Part shown: piece after piece, positions 14,763 through 23,158 of the stretch | Position numbering within the stretch: position 1 is the stretch's first letter | Layout: every line of letters starts with the position of its first letter | Assembly (NCBI GenBank): GCA_039928695.1 | Contig: JBDSSQ010000042.1 | Location: 1,216 to 65,215, forward strand | From: Pseudolysinimonas sp. | GTDB lineage: Bacteria > Actinomycetota > Actinomycetes > Actinomycetales > Microbacteriaceae | Reading direction: 5' to 3' | Length of the DNA: 64,000 nucleotides | Notes under the pieces: generated by a model | Seen by the model: only the letters and a program-made list of their open reading frames with translations | Database searches by the model: none | Told to the model about the DNA's origin: nothing | Translations under genes and position numbers: made by a program

Positions 14763-16727
14763 TTGCGGCTGACGAAGCGCCAGCGGGCCGAACAACACGC
14801 ACAGAGCCTCGACTCAGAGTCCTTGCTCGCCTGCGCGCTCGGGGAGGTGTCAGACGGCGCTCTCATCAGCGACGCCGGCGGCACCGTCATCTATGCGAAC
14901 GCTGCGTTCACCGAGATCACGGGATATCAGCGATCAGAGATCGTCGGCGCGAACTGCCGAATCCTGGAGGGCCCCTCCACGTCACCGGACGAGGTGCAGC
15001 GGATGCGGAACGCGCAAGACGCGGCCGAACCGTTCCAAGGCACGTTGCTCAACTACCGCAAAGACGAGACCTCGTTCTGGAACCACCTGACCATCACCCC
15101 TGTGAAGGATGCCGCCGGGGCACTCACCCATTTCGTGAGCGTGCACCGCGATGTCACCGACATCGTCGAAGAGCGCAAGAAGCTCACGCACGCGGACAGC
15201 CACGATCTGCTGACCGGTCTGCCCAATCGCGAAGCGCTGCGTCGCCACCTTCGAACCGAGTTCAGCGATGCCGCAGAAGACGGCAGCCTGGTCGCACTGG
15301 GGTTGATCGATCTCGACGACTTCAAGGTCGTCAACGACCAGCACGGGCGCCAATCCGGCGACGCCGTTCTCGTGCAGTTCGCCGCCAGGGTGAGCAAGTT
15401 GCTCCGACGCGAGGACTACGTGGCGCGGCTGGGAGGTGACGAGTTCGTCGTCGTGATCCCGGATCTCTCCCCGGCCGAAACGTCGAGCGAGCTCGCCGGC
15501 ATTCTGGAACGCATCCACGCCGCCGTCGAGAAGCCGTTCGACGTCGACGGCGGCACGTCGGTGTCGGTCGGCATGAGCATGGGAATCGCCCTGTTCCCGA
15601 GTGATGGCGTCGCTGGTCGCGACCTGCTGCGCACGGCGGATGCGGCACTCTTCCGGGCTAAGAGCGCACGCGGCAGCGGGCCGTGGTGGCAGGTGGCGCG
15701 GCCAGAAGACGCCGTCAGCACCGACAGTGTCGCCGAGTCGATGGGAGCTGTGTCGCACAGCGGGGATCTGGTGATGTTCATGCAGCCCATCGTCGGCCTG
15801 CGCACCGGGCTCGTGGGCCAAGTCGAAGCGCTGGCACGCATCCGCAGGCCAGACGGCGGCATCGAGCCCCCCGAGAGCTTCCTCCCGTACTACTCCAGGG
15901 AGCAGCTCGTCGAGTTGTTCAAAGAGGGGCTCGATCAGTCGTTGGCCTGGGTCTCTCGGTGGGAGGGCGAAGGGGTCGAACTCAATGTGTCCGTGAACAC
16001 TCCGGCGGAACTTCTGAGCGCACCCGACAGTGCCGACTGGGTGAGGGATGCCCTGACCCGCCACCGTCTTGCGGCGCACCGCCTGAGTCTCGAACTTCTG
16101 GAAACCCAAGAGCTCGACCTGGCGACGAGCGATCGAACCGTCGCCGAGTTGGTGCGCCTCGGGGTGAAGATCCATCTCGATGACTTGAGCTCCGGATTCA
16201 GCACGCTCAAGCGGATCACCGACATCCCCTTCGATGTGATCAAGATCGACCGCCGAATCTTCGATCGGGCTCACACCCGCCCGCTGCAGGTGCTCATCGT
16301 CTTGGCCGCAATCACCGCACTGGGCTCGGAGTCCGGATATGGCGTGGTAGTCGAGGGCATCGAGGATCGCGAGCGGCTCGAGGTGAGCATGGCGCTGGGC
16401 GCCGAGTTCGGTCAGGGATACCTGTTCGCCCGCCCGATGCCACCGGAAGACATCGCGCAGTGGCTGGCGACGTTCACGATGCCATACCGTGACGGCGCAG
16501 TGACCACCCCGCTCGGCGCGCTTGCCTATCACTGGGGCCATAGCCGAGAAAACGGCCAGACCCACCCGTCACGGGAGGAGTGCCCACTCACGGAGTATTT
16601 CTCCCATGCGGATCCGCGCATCGCGAGTCTGCACGATTCGCTGCACTCGGCTGCGGGCACGGAAAACCCGGCAAGCGCCGAGCTCACGGCGTGGCTCGTC
16701 GGCCAGGTGCAGGTAGCGCATGGCTGA
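14763..16727 (+). CDS. PAS-GGDEF-EAL c-di-GMP turnover protein
   Basis: PAS domain: GALISDAGGTVIYANAAFTEITGY...NCRILEG. GGDEF domain: RRED-YVARL-GGDEF, with a canonical RxxD I-site. EAL domain: QVEALARIRRP, DDLSSGFS, KIDRRIF, VVVEGIE, GQGYLFARP. The start is a TTG and is uncertain. Confidence 0.88.
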   Translation: MRLTKRQRAEQHAQSLDSESLLACALGEVSDGALISDAGGTVIYANAAFTEITGYQRSEIVGANCRILEGPSTSPDEVQRMRNAQDAAEPFQGTLLNYRKDETSFWNHLTITPVKDAAGALTHFVSVHRDVTDIVEERKKLTHADSHDLLTGLPNREALRRHLRTEFSDAAEDGSLVALGLIDLDDFKVVNDQHGRQSGDAVLVQFAARVSKLLRREDYVARLGGDEFVVVIPDLSPAETSSELAGILERIHAAVEKPFDVDGGTSVSVGMSMGIALFPSDGVAGRDLLRTADAALFRAKSARGSGPWWQVARPEDAVSTDSVAESMGAVSHSGDLVMFMQPIVGLRTGLVGQVEALARIRRPDGGIEPPESFLPYYSREQLVELFKEGLDQSLAWVSRWEGEGVELNVSVNTPAELLSAPDSADWVRDALTRHRLAAHRLSLELLETQELDLATSDRTVAELVRLGVKIHLDDLSSGFSTLKRITDIPFDVIKIDRRIFDRAHTRPLQVLIVLAAITALGSESGYGVVVEGIEDRERLEVSMALGAEFGQGYLFARPMPPEDIAQWLATFTMPYRDGAVTTPLGALAYHWGHSRENGQTHPSREECPLTEYFSHADPRIASLHDSLHSAAGTENPASAELTAWLVGQVQVAHG

Positions 16728-17739
16728 TCGCCGCGCCCCGCTCGACCTCCCGTCGCTGTGGCATCGCCCGTGGGCCAGCGGGGCTCGGGAGGTGTTGGCC
16801 GATCCCAACATCATCGCGGCGATCTTTCCGGCGGCAGCAACAGCAGCCGGGCTGTCACTAGTCCTCGTGGGTCACTGGACGATCCCGGAGCTGGTCTTCC
16901 TATGGAGCGGCATCGTCGTCGGATTGGTGTTCACGGCATTGCCCCTGGCTTTGAGATGGCGGCTTCCCAGGTGGGGCCTGCACCTGGAGGCCGGGATCGG
17001 CAACCTGTACCTGGCCGCCGTCGTGATCGTTGCCGCAACCCAGCAGATCGACATGGCCAACCTCTTCCTGTTGAGCGCGACGGCGGCCATCCTGCTGTTC
17101 TCCGTCCCCGCCGCCGCCGCTCACGTTGGGGCATCCGCCGTCTACTACGCAGCCGTGCTCGCCTTCGGACCGGCGACCCCCGGTTCACCGATCATTGCCT
17201 GGCTGGCGATCTTCGGCACCACGGCAGTGGTCGGAGCGGTCGCCGTCGGACTCGTCGGGGTGCTGCGCCTGGCCGCAACCGCCGACCCACTTACCGGACT
17301 CGCCAACCGCCGAGCATGGGACGACAGACTCGATCAAGAGATGCAACGGTCCCGACGCACCGGCACGACACTGACGATCGCGATGATCGACCTCAACGGT
17401 TTCAAGGCGATCAACGACCGCGAGGGGCACGCGGCCGGAGACCAGTTGCTCAAGACCCTCGCGCGGGCCTGGCAGGCAGAGATCCGTGGCGGCGTGGACT
17501 TCCTCGCCCGAATCGGCGGTGACGAGTTCGCCGCACTCACCTCGGGCCCGGACGAGATGGCGATGCGCCGCCTCATCAAACGCTTCGAGGAGGCGACACC
17601 GGCCGTGGTGAGCTTCTCCGCTGGCGAAGCCACCTGGGACCACGCGGAGCGGGACTCCGACCTCCTGCACCGAGCCGACCTCGCCATGTACACGGCGAAA
17701 CTCAAGTACCGACGCGACGCCAACCCGCACATCGCGTAA
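16720..17739 (+). CDS. Membrane-anchored diguanylate cyclase (multi-TM N-terminus + GGDEF)
   Basis: ...DPLTGLANRRAWDDRLDQEMQRSRRTG...IDLNGFKAINDREGHAAGDQLL...ARIGGDEFA... The ATG overlaps the upstream stop by 8 nt. Confidence 0.85.
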   Translation: MADRRAPLDLPSLWHRPWASGAREVLADPNIIAAIFPAAATAAGLSLVLVGHWTIPELVFLWSGIVVGLVFTALPLALRWRLPRWGLHLEAGIGNLYLAAVVIVAATQQIDMANLFLLSATAAILLFSVPAAAAHVGASAVYYAAVLAFGPATPGSPIIAWLAIFGTTAVVGAVAVGLVGVLRLAATADPLTGLANRRAWDDRLDQEMQRSRRTGTTLTIAMIDLNGFKAINDREGHAAGDQLLKTLARAWQAEIRGGVDFLARIGGDEFAALTSGPDEMAMRRLIKRFEEATPAVVSFSAGEATWDHAERDSDLLHRADLAMYTAKLKYRRDANPHIA

Positions 17740-17794
17740 GTCGCCGAGGAATCCGTCACACCACGGGTCTACGGTTGAGGCAACGTGCTGGGCG

Positions 17795-18850
17795 TTGCCC
17801 GGGCGTGGTCGGAGGTGCCGGATGGCTGGTCGCGGCGCTCGGCCGGGCCTCGCCTCGAGGTGGCATCGCCCGTGGGCCAGTCGGGCGCGCGAGATGTTGG
17901 CCGATCCCCACATGATCGCCGGGATCCTTTCGGCGGCCGCATCGGCAGCCCTGCTCTTCATGCTCGCGGCAGCCCACTGGTCGACCCCGGTGCAAGTCCT
18001 GCTGTGGAGCGGGTCTGCCTCGGGGACGGTCTTCGGCGTGGTGACCATCCAGTCGGCGCGACGTCGGCGGACGATCCCTTTGTGGATCCTGCATGTCGGA
18101 ATCGCGTCAGGCAACGTCTTGGTGACGGTCGTCGTAGCCATCGCGGCGACGAAGCAGATCGACATGGCAAACCTCTACCTGTTGAACGTGACAGGGGCGA
18201 TCCTGTTGTTCTCCGTCCGCGCCGCCCTGGTCCACGTGGCCGCGGCTGGCATCTACTACGCGGGCGTGCTCGCCTTCGGACCGGCGACCCCCGGCTCACC
18301 GATCATTGCCTGGCTTGCAGTCTTCGGCACCAGCGCCGTGGTCGGAGCGGTCGCAGTGGGGCTCGTGGGCGTGCTGCGCCTGGCCGCAACCGCCGACCCG
18401 CTCACCGGACTCGCCAACCGCCGAGCATGGGACGACAGACTCGAGCAGGAGATCGAGAGATCCCGACGAACCGGCACAACACTCACCGTTGCGATGATCG
18501 ACCTCAACGGTTTCAAGGCAATCAACGACCGAGACGGGCACGCGGCCGGAGACCAGCTGCTCCGGGCCATCGCACGAGCCTGGCAGAACCAGGTCCGTGG
18601 CGGCGGGGACTTCCTCGCGCGAATCGGCGGTGACGAGTTCGCCGCACTGACCTCGGGCCCAGACGAGATGGGGATGCGCCGCCTCATCAAACGCTTCGAC
18701 GAGGCGACACCCACCGGGGTGACCTCCTCCGCAGGAGAAGCCACCTGGGACCGCACAGAGCGAGCCTCAGACCTCCTCCACCGAGCCGACCTCGCGATGT
18801 ACAAGACGAAACTCAAGTACCGACGCGACCCCAACTCGAACATCGCCTAA
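17795..18850 (+). CDS. Membrane-anchored diguanylate cyclase, tandem paralog of 16720-17739
   Basis: The GGDEF half is near-identical to the upstream gene (ATADPLTGLANRRAWDDRLEQEIERSRRTGTTLTVAMIDLNGFKAINDRDGHAAGDQLL...ARIGGDEFAALTSGPDEM). The leader WHRPWAS.ARE.LADP is also shared. Confidence 0.85.
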   Translation: MPGRGRRCRMAGRGARPGLASRWHRPWASRAREMLADPHMIAGILSAAASAALLFMLAAAHWSTPVQVLLWSGSASGTVFGVVTIQSARRRRTIPLWILHVGIASGNVLVTVVVAIAATKQIDMANLYLLNVTGAILLFSVRAALVHVAAAGIYYAGVLAFGPATPGSPIIAWLAVFGTSAVVGAVAVGLVGVLRLAATADPLTGLANRRAWDDRLEQEIERSRRTGTTLTVAMIDLNGFKAINDRDGHAAGDQLLRAIARAWQNQVRGGGDFLARIGGDEFAALTSGPDEMGMRRLIKRFDEATPTGVTSSAGEATWDRTERASDLLHRADLAMYKTKLKYRRDPNSNIA

Positions 18851-18904
18851 TACGGTTCGCCGTATCGAGGCGCGGCTTCGCCGGGGTTGCGGGGCGCCGC
18901 CTTC

Positions 18905-19180
18905 TAGGTGATCAGGGCGTCGCGATCCATCGGCGTGATGAGGGCGTTGAGCACGATCACCGCGGCCAGGACGATGGATGCCGCCAGCCACCCGGCGGCG
19001 AACACCGCCGCCGCCGCGCCCAGAAGCAGAGCGGTTCTGAGCACCATCAGCGGAACCTTGGGCAGCCTCACCACGGCCTTCGGCGCGCAGAACAGCGCCG
19101 AGGGCGAGTTGAGCGGCGAGATTCGGGCCCGCGCGGAGGCCCCAGACGGCCAAGCCGGCGAGGGCGGCGAGTTCGAGCAA
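18905..19180 (-). pseudogene. DUF2568 (YrdB-like) small membrane protein gene, apparently frameshifted or internally deleted
   Basis: One frame reads ...ANEALAF(L)LELAALAGLAVWGLRAGPNLAAQLALGAVL. A second frame continues ALFCAPKAVVRLPKVPLMVLRTALLLGAAAAVFAAGWLAASIVLAAVIVLNALIT*. Together they follow the DUF2568 pattern (..FlLEl.aL.al..WG...APKa..rl..), with the junction near 19090. Confidence 0.4.
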
Positions 19181-19239
19181 GAAGGCGAGGGCCTCGTTCG
19201 CGAGGTGCAGGGGGCGCGGGATGGGGTTGCGGGGGGCGT

Positions 19240-19320
19240 GGTTGTCGGCTTGGTTGTCGGCTTGGTTGTCGGCTTGGTGGTCGGCTTGGTGGTCGGCTTG
19301 CGTGGTCGGCTTGCGTGGTC
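19240..19320. repeat. Imperfect 12/13-bp tandem repeat (GGTTGTCGGCTT x3, GGTGGTCGGCTT x2, GCGTGGTCGGCTT x~1.6)
   Basis: Read directly. It lies in the intergenic region between the DUF2568-like remnant (-) and the HNH gene (+). Confidence 0.85.
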
Positions 19321-19427
19321 ACGGAATGAGTATGGTTCCTTTCCTCCACAGGTGCCGCTCTGACGAGTTATAAACCGATGCTGATCAGCATATTTACTGT
19401 TGTGGAGTGGTCTGTCAGACTTGCTTC

Positions 19428-20792
19428 ATGACCCCCTTCGACGACGTTCTCAAGCACGCGACGCGCGTGCTCGCGGGCGCGCCATCGGCGGGTTTGGCTG
19501 CCCTTCGTGACGAAGATCTGCTGGTTCATCTGGCCGATGTCGAACAGCTCGGCCGCCTCGTCGACGCCCTGCGCGTTGCTGCTGCGGGCGAGGTCGATGC
19601 GCGCTCGGGGCGAGAGCGGGGTGACGACAGCCTCAGCCGCCATCACCAGTGCACGACGGCGGCCCAGTTGGTCGAACTCGTCACCCTGACCTCGGCGGCC
19701 GAAGCTGCTCGGCGCGTGCGAGTCGGTCGCGGGATCACCGCGTCGCCCACCCTGGTGGGGGCACCGCTTCCGGCGGCGTTCGAGCACGTCGCCGCAGCCC
19801 TGTCGGCCGGGCGTCTGGCGGTGGATGCTGCCGCCGCGATCATCCGACACCTCGGCGAGGCCTCCCGCACCGCATCACCCGCGACGATCCGAGATGCTGA
19901 GGCTCTGCTGGTGTCGCAGGCTGCGACGTTGCCGGCCGAACTGGTCGCCCAGTTAGCGCAACGCACCTGCGCGACCCTCGACCCCGACGGGGTGCAACCA
20001 CGTGAGAACGAGTTACGGCGCCAACGCCGCTTCCACCTCGGCCGCGAGGTCAACGGCATGACCCCGTTCAGCGGACTCGCCGACCCCCTCAACGCCGGCC
20101 TGCTGCGCGCCGCCCTCAGCGAGCGCACGGCGCCGTCACGGCTGCCGCGGTTCGTCGACCCCGACGACCTCGATGACGTCCCCGATTCGCTTGAACAGCA
20201 TCCCCTTGACCCGCGCACGCGCGAACAGCGCGCATTCGACATCGTCTTCGGACTGCTCACCGCCGGCATCCGCGCCGACAACGACGCGGTCGGCAGCCTT
20301 CACGGCACCGCGACGGTGAACGTCGTGGTCACCGCACACGACCTGATCGCCGGCACCGGTGCCGCGTGGATCGACGACATCCTCTCCCCCGTCGCCACCT
20401 CCACCACCCGCGAGATCATCTGCGACGGCGGCGTGCGGCTGCAGATCGAGGGCGACAAGGGCGAAATCCTCTGGGAGGGCCTCCGCCAGCGCTACTTCAC
20501 CCCCGCCCAACGACGAGCCTTGGCCGTTCGAGACGGTGGATGCCTCGGCCCCAACTGCACCGCGCCGCCCTCCTGGTGCCATGCTCACCACGTGGTCGAG
20601 TGGGAACACGGTGGCCCCACCAACGTGGACAACGGGGTACTGCTCTGCTCGTTCCACCACCATCAACTGCACTCGGGCGGGTTCCAACTCAGGATGAATC
20701 GCGGCGTGCCCGAGATGCTCGCGCCACCCTGGCTCGACCGAGAACAGCAGTGGAAGCCGCTCACCAAGTCCCGGCTCGCGCGCGCCGCCTAG
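19428..20792 (+). CDS. DUF222-domain HNH endonuclease (actinobacterial 13E12-like family)
   Basis: The long Ala/Leu-rich DUF222-type N-terminal region is followed by the C-terminal HNH motif CLGPNCTAPPSWCHAHHVVEWEHGGPTNVDNGVLLCSFHHHQLH. The start is ATG 19428 or GTG 19407. Confidence 0.8.
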   Translation: MTPFDDVLKHATRVLAGAPSAGLAALRDEDLLVHLADVEQLGRLVDALRVAAAGEVDARSGRERGDDSLSRHHQCTTAAQLVELVTLTSAAEAARRVRVGRGITASPTLVGAPLPAAFEHVAAALSAGRLAVDAAAAIIRHLGEASRTASPATIRDAEALLVSQAATLPAELVAQLAQRTCATLDPDGVQPRENELRRQRRFHLGREVNGMTPFSGLADPLNAGLLRAALSERTAPSRLPRFVDPDDLDDVPDSLEQHPLDPRTREQRAFDIVFGLLTAGIRADNDAVGSLHGTATVNVVVTAHDLIAGTGAAWIDDILSPVATSTTREIICDGGVRLQIEGDKGEILWEGLRQRYFTPAQRRALAVRDGGCLGPNCTAPPSWCHAHHVVEWEHGGPTNVDNGVLLCSFHHHQLHSGGFQLRMNRGVPEMLAPPWLDREQQWKPLTKSRLARAA

Positions 20793-20894
20793 GGTGCGTG
20801 GGCCCTTCGACCCTGTTGCTCCGCGCCGTCGAGCGGTTGAGTCAGATCACCAGATGGCGCAGGCCTCACGCCACTGAACGGCAAAGGAGCCGCC

Positions 20895-21326
20895 ATGAGC
20901 GACAAGGACTTCCCGATCACCACCATCAGTGACGCCGAAGCCTGGGAACTTCTCCGCATGACCCAGGTGGCGCGCCTCGCAACCCACGCAGCCGGCGAGG
21001 TCGACATCTTCCCGATCAACTATGTCGTTGACGGGTCCACCCTGATCTTCCGCACAGCACCCGGCACCAAGCTGCTCGAACTCACCCTTCACCATGCGGT
21101 CGCCCTCGAGATCGATGGGTGGACCGAGCACAGCGCCTGGGCGGTGGTCGTGAAAGGCACCGCAGAAGAACTGCAGCATCAGGCAGACGTCGACCACGCC
21201 GAGAAACTTCCGCTCGTGCCATGGATCCCCACTTACAAAGATCGCTACGTGCGCATCACGCCGAACTCGGTGAGCGGACGACGCTTTCCGCGAGGTCCCG
21301 AACCGGAGGCCTCGAACGACTACTGA
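20895..21326 (+). CDS. Pyridoxamine 5'-phosphate oxidase-family (FMN/F420-binding split-barrel) protein
   Basis: AAAGGAG RBS. ...ISDAEAWELLRMTQVARLATHAAGEVDIFPINYVVDGSTLIFRTAPGTKL...AVVVKGTAEEL is a typical PPOX-class pattern. Confidence 0.7.
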   Translation: MSDKDFPITTISDAEAWELLRMTQVARLATHAAGEVDIFPINYVVDGSTLIFRTAPGTKLLELTLHHAVALEIDGWTEHSAWAVVVKGTAEELQHQADVDHAEKLPLVPWIPTYKDRYVRITPNSVSGRRFPRGPEPEASNDY

Positions 21327-21396
21327 TCACGAAGCCTGACACCCGTGGGCCTTTCGACCCTGCCGCGGCAACCGGTCACGAGGTTCAGTGGCACCC

Positions 21397-21822
21397 ATGA
21401 CCTTCTTCGACGCCATCAAAACCGTGTTCCGCAAGTACGCGACCTTCGAGGGGCGAGCCACGCGTCCCGAGTTCTGGTGGTTCATCCTCTTCAGCACGCT
21501 CGTCAGTGCCGCGCTCAACGCGATCAGTCTGCCGATGTCTGGAGTGATGTCTGGGCGCATCTTCGAGATCGGCGCGACCGCGAGCAGCGCGTATGGGTAC
21601 GCCAGCTTTGCGGGCCTGTGGGGCATCGCGGTGCTGCTGCCCACCCTCGCGGTCACCGTGCGTCGTCTGCGTGACGCCGGTCGTGGCTGGGGCGAATTGT
21701 TCTGGGTGCTGCTGCCGATCGCCGGCATCATCATTCTCATCGTGCACCTCTGCGAACGCAGCATCGCCACCCCCGCCGCACCGGCACCGGTGGTCGATAC
21801 GGTGACGAGCGGAAAGAGCTAG
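21397..21822 (+). CDS. DUF805-family inner-membrane protein
   Basis: MTFFDAIKTVFRKYATFEGRATRPEFWWFILF...TVRRLRDAGRGWGELFWVLLPIAGIIILIV carries the DUF805 signature. Confidence 0.75.
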   Translation: MTFFDAIKTVFRKYATFEGRATRPEFWWFILFSTLVSAALNAISLPMSGVMSGRIFEIGATASSAYGYASFAGLWGIAVLLPTLAVTVRRLRDAGRGWGELFWVLLPIAGIIILIVHLCERSIATPAAPAPVVDTVTSGKS

Positions 21823-21903
21823 AACTCACCGACCCACCCGCCGGTCACGGTTCGCTCGGCAGTTCCGGGCGAACTTCGGGCCGGCATCCGTCAGACTGGA
21901 TGG

Positions 21904-23091
21904 ATGGTGGCCGCCCGACTCATCGACGTTCTCGTCGTGATCGTCCTCTTGGTCTACCTGGGCGAGGGGTGGCGCAGTGGATTCATCCGCAGCCTGAGCG
22001 CCATCGTCGGCCTGATCGCGGGGGCCGTCGCCGCGTTCTTCCTGATCCCCGTCATCGGCACCGTCGTTCCCGATCCGTTCTGGCGCACCTTTCTGGTGGT
22101 GTCGTCGGCTGTCGCATTAATCATCCTGGGCAGCATGGCCGGCGCCGGCATCGGCCGCGTTCTGCGCGGGCGGGTCGACAAGACGCCGCTGCGTCCGCTC
22201 GACCGAGTGGGCGGCGCGATCGCGAACCTCGTCATCGGCGCACTCATCACGGCTCTGCTTGCCGGCAGCGTGGCATCCCTCGGCATCCCGGTGCTGAGCG
22301 CCGCTGTCAGCAACTCGTGGGTGCTTCAGACCATCACGGCGGCGACCCCCGAGCCCGTGACCGCGGCGCTCGCGCGTCTGCGATCCGCCGTGCTCGCACA
22401 GGGGCTCCCGGTGATCTCGGGGGGCTTCTCGGGGATCACCAAGTCCCCCGGCATTCCCAAGGTCAACACCGGCACCTCGTCGCTGGCCGCCGCCGCCGCC
22501 TCGGTGGTACGGATCAACGGCACCGCGTACGCCTGCGGCCAGAACCAGTCAGGATCCGGCTTCGTCATCGCCAAAGATCGGATCGTCACCAATGCGCACG
22601 TCGTCGCCGGCGTGCAGCAGCCGATCATCCAGGCGCCGAACGGCCAGACCCTCGACGGCCGCATCGTCTACTTCGACCCGCAGAACGACCTGGCCGTGAT
22701 CGCGGTCTCCGGCTTGCGCGCCCCGGTGCTGGGTCTCGGTGCCACGCTCGCGGTCGGCGACGACGCAGTAGTCGACGGCTACCCATACGGCGGCCCGTTC
22801 ACCACGGGCGGAGCTCAGGTGCTTGCCCGTTCCACCGAGAGCGTCGAGAACATCTACAACTCGGCGCGCACCAATCGCGAGCTGTACACGATCGCCGCGG
22901 CCATCGAACCGGGCAACTCCGGCGGCCCGCTGCTCGAAACGAACGGCTCGATCGCGGGAATCGTCTTCGCCAAGAGCTCGACGGATGCCGACCTCGGCTA
23001 CGCCATGACCGACACCGTGCTCGCACCCGTTGTGGCCCGGGCGGCCGGGCTCAGCGCCCCGATCAGTTCCGGGGCGTGCGTGCAGGGTTGA
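21904..23091 (+). CDS. marP: MarP-type membrane serine protease (CvpA-like TM domain + trypsin-like domain)
   Basis: The CvpA-like N-terminus is LIDVLVVIVLLVYLGEGWRSGFIRSLSAIVGLIAGA. The catalytic triad context is TNAHVVAG / NDLAVI / GNSGGPL. The alternative-frame ORF 21900-23135 is an Arg-rich artefact. Confidence 0.85.
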   Translation: MVAARLIDVLVVIVLLVYLGEGWRSGFIRSLSAIVGLIAGAVAAFFLIPVIGTVVPDPFWRTFLVVSSAVALIILGSMAGAGIGRVLRGRVDKTPLRPLDRVGGAIANLVIGALITALLAGSVASLGIPVLSAAVSNSWVLQTITAATPEPVTAALARLRSAVLAQGLPVISGGFSGITKSPGIPKVNTGTSSLAAAAASVVRINGTAYACGQNQSGSGFVIAKDRIVTNAHVVAGVQQPIIQAPNGQTLDGRIVYFDPQNDLAVIAVSGLRAPVLGLGATLAVGDDAVVDGYPYGGPFTTGGAQVLARSTESVENIYNSARTNRELYTIAAAIEPGNSGGPLLETNGSIAGIVFAKSSTDADLGYAMTDTVLAPVVARAAGLSAPISSGACVQG

Positions 23092-23118
23092 CCGCTGGGG
23101 GCAGCCGCGTGGGGCGAT

Positions 23119-23158
23119 TAGTGCTGGGCGCCTAGTGCTGGGCGCCTAGTGCTGGGCC
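23119..23158. repeat. 14-bp tandem repeat TAGTGCTGGGCGCC (about 2.9 copies) spanning the stop codon of the minus-strand gene
   Basis: Read directly. The copy containing CTA at 23146-23148 supplies the stop codon (…AQH*) of gene 23146-23655. Confidence 0.85.

Noticed and set aside
14982-16565. 527-aa minus-strand ORF antisense to the PAS-GGDEF-EAL gene.
   Set aside because: Same reasoning: the plus strand carries intact PAS, GGDEF and EAL signatures, and the antisense product has none.
19240-19320. Tandem repeats here and at 23119-23158, 25105-25179, 26763-26810 and 53321-53392, considered as possible CRISPR arrays.
   Set aside because: The units are 12-18 bp and directly abutting, with no unique spacers, and there are no cas genes. 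They are mini-satellites or iterons, not CRISPR.
21900-23135. 411-aa alternative-frame ORF overlapping marP on the same strand.
   Set aside because: It is extremely Arg/Gly/Pro-rich. The 21904 frame gives a CvpA + trypsin-fold protease with its catalytic triad.
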